Positions 22,537 through 26,120 of a stretch of 26,120 nucleotides of DNA are shown one piece after another. Positions within the stretch are counted from its first letter, which is position 1; every line of letters begins with the position of its first letter. The notes under the pieces were generated by a model. It did not search any database. It saw nothing but the letters and a program-made list of their open reading frames with translations, and had not been told where the DNA came from. This stretch comes from Candidatus Omnitrophota bacterium. GTDB lineage: Bacteria; Ratteibacteria; UBA8468; MWAK01. The position numbers and the translations under genes are program-made. The stretch is taken from contig JAZDPL010000051.1 of NCBI GenBank assembly GCA_043797665.1, positions 1-26,120 on the forward strand, in the 5' to 3' direction.

Positions 22537-23640
22537 TTAATTGACAACAGTTTCCGCAATTTCCATTCTCACATCTTTTTGCTCTGGTGTCCAAATAGTG
22601 TCCATCCCGGAACCTTTCGGGCTCTTGTCCACTAAAAGTTCCACGGCTGTTTTCTTATGGTCCGGGGAAAGGTGAGCATAACGCAAAGTCATAGTAAAAG
22701 TCTTGTGTCCAAGTAGTTCCTGGACAGCCTTCAGATTAACCCCTCTCATTACCAACCTGGACGCAAAAGTATGCCTGAGGTCGTGAAATCTAAAGTTTTT
22801 TATACCCGCTTGCTTTACTATGCTTTCAAACTTATGGCTTATATAGCCTTTACTTATGTGCGTTCCAATGTCCTTTCCAGGGAAAACATAATCAGATTTG
22901 GGTACCCTTCTTATACCCGAAAGAACATCAAGCACAGCGGAATTCATCGGAACCTGTCTTCTTTCGCCGTTCTTGGTATCCAAAAGGGTTATATTCTTCT
23001 GGTCAAAATCTATATCCTGCCACTTTAGGCCCAAAATCTCACTCCTTCTCATCCCCGTATTTAAAGCAATTTCTATGATAGGTTTTAAGAATTCAGGACA
23101 AGCGTCTAACAGTAATATTTCTTCACCTTTCCCCAGGTATCTTATACGCTGGTTATTTTCTTTCAGTAACTTTATTTTAGGTGGCGCAGTCCTTAATTTT
23201 CCCCACTCAACCGCCTTATTCAGAATGTTCCTCAGTACAGAAATTTCTTTATTGACCGTTGCCAGTGCTTTTCCTTCTTCAATCCTCTTTCGTTTGTATT
23301 CTTCAACATCCAGAGCGCTAATCTCATAAATATATTCTGCGCCAAAAATACCGTTTAGATGATTGACAATCCCATCTTTTCGCTCCACAGTAGAAACTCT
23401 ATTATTAACCTGACAATAACTTTTCAAATAAAGGGAAGTCATTTCCCTAAATTTAATCTTCTCATTCCGTCTGATGTCCAGGAACTTTCCTTCGGCAACC
23501 TGCACTTTCCGTTTTGCCAGAACCGTCTCGGCGAGTTTTCGGCTCTTGCCAACCTTTTCCCGCTTCCGTCTGCCGTTGGCGTAGTAATCAATGTAATAAT
23601 TACCGGCTTTCTGAAAGATTCCCATTGGTTTTTGTCCCAC
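22537..23640 (-). CDS. Tyrosine recombinase / phage-type integrase
   Basis: N-terminal arm-binding-like YYIDYYANGRRKR; catalytic TGMRRSE, TKNG, FHDLRHTFAS, LLGH and RYAH all intact. Start may be ATG 23625. Confidence 0.95.
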   Translation of the reverse strand: MGQKPMGIFQKAGNYYIDYYANGRRKREKVGKSRKLAETVLAKRKVQVAEGKFLDIRRNEKIKFREMTSLYLKSYCQVNNRVSTVERKDGIVNHLNGIFGAEYIYEISALDVEEYKRKRIEEGKALATVNKEISVLRNILNKAVEWGKLRTAPPKIKLLKENNQRIRYLGKGEEILLLDACPEFLKPIIEIALNTGMRRSEILGLKWQDIDFDQKNITLLDTKNGERRQVPMNSAVLDVLSGIRRVPKSDYVFPGKDIGTHISKGYISHKFESIVKQAGIKNFRFHDLRHTFASRLVMRGVNLKAVQELLGHKTFTMTLRYAHLSPDHKKTAVELLVDKSPKGSGMDTIWTPEQKDVRMEIAETVVN

Positions 23641-23643
23641 GAG

Positions 23644-23672
23644 ATTTTACCATACCGGCGACTTCCTTTCAA
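23644..23672 (-). promoter_or_regulatory. Putative integrase promoter inside the excisionase 3' end
   Basis: TTGAAA-N17-TAAAAT with TG extension. Confidence 0.5.
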
Positions 23673-23853
23673 AATCTAAGGGTTCGTGAGTATGTTCATC
23701 TATATAATCGTTTAGCCGAGAATGGTCAAACATGGTCCTCTTTCCCATTTTAACAAAAGGGATTCTTCTTTGAGATACCCAGCAGTATAGGGTATTCACC
23801 GGTATCCCCAAGTATTCCGAAGCAGATTTAATATCAATCAACCGCTTTTCCAT
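23647..23853 (-). CDS. Excisionase-like HTH_17 DNA-binding protein
   Basis: LIDIKSASEYLGIPVNTLYCWVSQRRIPFVKMG pattern, directly upstream of the integrase. Confidence 0.9.
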   Translation of the reverse strand: MEKRLIDIKSASEYLGIPVNTLYCWVSQRRIPFVKMGKRTMFDHSRLNDYIDEHTHEPLDFERKSPVW

Positions 23854-23862
23854 AATTTCAGT

Positions 23863-24782
23863 TCACCTGTCGCCCCCGATACTGTCTTCGTTCGACTCAT
23901 CGCTCGAATCTTCGTCATCCTCATCATAGGCCTCTTCCGCGATATCCCAGACGGTCTGATCCCAGCTTTTCCCCGGGTGCTCCTGCAAAGCCTTCGTAAC
24001 CTGCTCGCGCAGAATCTCAGGTACTTTGCCGTCCTCCTTACTGCTTTCCTCGTTTTCGATTTCCTGTATTTTATCGCGCACCCGGCACAGGAAACGCGCC
24101 CGTTTGTAGGCGAGCCGAAGGGCGTCATCATCTTCGGGTATGTACTTCTTGACCCCGACTTCGCTCAACTTCTTTTTCAACCATTCAATGAGCTGTTCCG
24201 AGGTCATGGCATTCAACTCAACACGCTGCCCGCTCCATCCCCGGGAGTCGCCGTTTGTTACGAGGAAGTTCCGTTCCTCCTCCGTAGCCCCACACCGCTC
24301 TAGGTATCTTTTCGGGTCAACCTCTTGCTTGTAGCCGACCTCTTCGCTCTCCAGCCCCTCGGTATCAGCGAGGCGCAATCCCAGGTCAACGACCTCGCAG
24401 CCATGAAAGAGCCGCGTACCTTCTCGGAGCGTCTTCAGAATCTTGAATCCAGCCAAGTCAAAGTCGTGCAGACAATAGACCTTGACACCGCGCCTCGATA
24501 GTGCAACCGCGAGCTCGCAGGCAGCGCCGACCGGCAGTCCCTTCGTCGACATGATAGCAAGATCGAACGTCTCCGCGATATGTTCAGCCTCGAATAGTTG
24601 CTGGAATCCTTCTTTCTCAATGAACATTACGCTTTTAAATCTGTTACCAGGTCCGACAGTGCCCACCATTTCCTTGATGCCGGGAGAGTCGAGCGGGTCG
24701 ATATCATCAGTCCACTTTTGCAAATATTCTTTAATCTCGATCCCGCCGAGTCCGATTGTCTCGCCCGTGAAAGGCTCATGGA
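23863..24782 (-). pseudogene. C-terminal part of a TopoVI-A-like (type IIB / topo VIII-like) Toprim protein, 5' part removed at an IS21 end
   Basis: VMFIEKEG, AIMSTKG, LHDFDLAG and RVELNAM Toprim motifs. The ORF-track N-terminus (24783-24891) is IS sequence. Confidence 0.7.
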
Positions 24783-25061
24783 TGTAAATAGTAATATAAA
24801 AGTAGACCACTTTGAGGTAAAATAGACGTTCAAAAGTAGACCACCTTACCCCTGATTTCCTGTATAATGTGAGACCTATAGTAAAGGTCAACCATTATAC
24901 AGGAGGGAAGGATGGTAACGGTGGAAGAGAAAGAAAGGATACGCAGGGAACATTTTGTACACGGAAAGTCCATCCGTAGGATAGCCAGGGAATTGGGTTA
25001 TTCCCGGACAACAGTCAAAAAAGCGCTACAGGATTCTACGGTGCCGGTATATAAGCGCACC
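24783..25061 (+). mobile_element. Truncated IS21-family element (left end plus istA 5' fragment)
   Basis: Begins TGTAAA; 13-bp AAAAGTAGACCAC repeated at 24798 and 24832; IstA-like HTH downstream. The right breakpoint is approximate. Confidence 0.8.
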
Positions 25062-25112
25062 AGCATCTCAGACAAGAGGGCTAGAACGGCCTCAGGGTCT
25101 GTTGAATGGTGA
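24912..25112 (+). pseudogene. istA: istA transposase N-terminal fragment
   Basis: ERIRREHFVHGKSIRRIARELGYSRTTVKKAL....PVYKR is IS21 IstA-like; SD AGGAGG upstream; no DDE domain follows. Confidence 0.8.
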
Positions 25113-25390
25113 TCAATGAACAGTTCGTTATGAAAAAAGAGCTGGAAGAAGATAAAGTGCTTGCAGTTCTCGTCAAGCGAAATTCCCGCCCTCTGCATAG
25201 ACGCAACGCACTCATTCGCATGTTCAGTTAGAGTAATGGCTTGACACCAGCGTGGGTCGATTTCGAAATTGATCTTGAAGAACGCATGCTTGCAAAAGAG
25301 AGAAAGGCCGTAGAGAAAGAAGAGCTGCTCGCGCTTGTCAATGACCTTTATCTCTTCGCACAGCTCTCCTGCCGACTTCCATTTACTCAT
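24998..25390 (-). CDS. Hypothetical protein, probably 3'-truncated at the IS21 junction
   Basis: ATG 25390 with AAGGA SD and an upstream TTGACC-N17-TAATAT; the last ~20 codons are antisense istA. Confidence 0.45.
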   Translation of the reverse strand: MSKWKSAGELCEEIKVIDKREQLFFLYGLSLFCKHAFFKINFEIDPRWCQAITLTEHANECVASMQRAGISLDENCKHFIFFQLFFHNELFIDHHSTDPEAVLALLSEMLVRLYTGTVESCSAFLTVVRE

Positions 25391-25849
25391 AAATTTTCCT
25401 TTGTAGCTCGGTGTTGGTCCGGGTCGTTTCCTGTTTAGACGCAAACAAATATTAACACTTTGGCTGAATCCGGTCAAATAGAAAAGCCAAAACTAATTGC
25501 GACAGCATGGTGGGGTATTGCCGGAGGGGTTTCTTGTGTTGTCAGAAGGGACCGGACAGATAATCACCAGCAGGGGTGGGGCAGGTCCCTTCTCCCTTGC
25601 AATCCTACGTAGCTACGCATTGCTCTGGTGTAGATTTCCCCCTCTGGGTGGTATCTCTCTATATCACTTCCCCCGAAAAGTCTGTTCCTACCATTCCACT
25701 ATAACTTCTACCATAAGTTCATTCTACCGGCTTCTGGGGGGAGATATCCCTTTAGTGCGAATTATCTTCACTACCTATGGAATGAAGATCCCGGGAACGG
25801 GTGGCTACCTGCGCGTAACACTGTGAGGGGTTGCCGTTGATGGGAAATT

Positions 25850-26119
25850 CTATTTACCCGGATTTTCTTCTTTGTCCTTGCTGGAATTATTCACTTCAAA
25901 AATTCCCATGGAAATAATGGTTTTCAGGGCATCTTCAACGGAAATATCCAACGTTTCTATCTTATCCTCAGGGATTACTACGCAAAGACTGTTCGGCACC
26001 GGGACATACACATTAAAATATCTGGCTCCTTTCATATATTTTGCTTCACTGGTAATAAAACCGATGATGAAGGAACCGGGGAAGAGCTGTACCTTGACAA
26101 CTTTTTTGAAAGTATCCTT
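25850..26119 (-). CDS. DUF502-family protein, C-terminal part (runs off the window)
   Basis: Frame open to the window edge: FKKVVKVQLFPGSFIIGFIT...VYVP...LDISVEDALKTIISMG. Confidence 0.75.
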   Translation of the reverse strand, partial: KDTFKKVVKVQLFPGSFIIGFITSEAKYMKGARYFNVYVPVPNSLCVVIPEDKIETLDISVEDALKTIISMGIFEVNNSSKDKEENPGK

Positions 26120-26120
26120 T

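Larger units (their letters stand above)
22531..26120. mobile_element. Edge of a tRNA-associated integrative element (far boundary not visible)
   Basis: Integrase and excisionase abut the tRNA, followed by a Toprim gene fragment and an IS remnant. The extent to the right is uncertain. Confidence 0.7.

Noticed and set aside
24783..24891. N-terminus of the 342-aa Toprim ORF
   Set aside because: It is the antisense reading of the IS21 left end, not part of the original gene.
25430..25530. Possible c-di-GMP-I riboswitch (GACGCAAA ... TTGCCG)
   Set aside because: The GGCAAA-stem-GAAA tetraloop P2 element is missing, and the orientation is opposite to the neighbouring genes.
25497..25826. 109-aa plus-strand ORF
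   Set aside because: Non-ATG start, no SD, no recognisable motif, and opposite to the flanking genes.

Overview
Bacterial chromosomal window, probably from a PVC-superphylum-like lineage (inferred only from a DUF1559-type prepilin). Left to right it contains: a small hicA-remnant/hicB cassette flanked by a duplicated nspC 3' end; the carboxy(nor)spermidine pair (saccharopine-dehydrogenase-family gene and nspC); polA; a prepilin; a minus-strand surface-glycan cluster (O-antigen-ligase/TPR protein, priming sugar transferase, fused GT-C/GT4 protein, B12 radical SAM, two GT4, one GT2); an AAA ATPase; an mlaF-mlaD-PIN/TRAM-mlaE operon; tRNA-Lys(UUU); and the edge of an integrated element (tyrosine integrase, excisionase, truncated TopoVI-A/topo VIII-like Toprim gene, IS21 remnant, DUF502 gene). 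The most striking feature is heavy colonisation by short palindromic REP-like elements. A 50-bp GTAG...CTAC doublet occurs as 11 full copies and 1 half copy between 1600 and 11137. Seven copies lie in frame inside proteins (two in DNA polymerase I, four in the ligase, one in a glycosyltransferase), and three supply the TAG stop codon of the adjacent gene. At least three other palindrome families also insert in frame, nest inside each other, and appear to form the linker of a gene fusion. No RAYT/TnpA transposase is visible in the window. Protein family calls come from motif recognition by eye, not from database searches.
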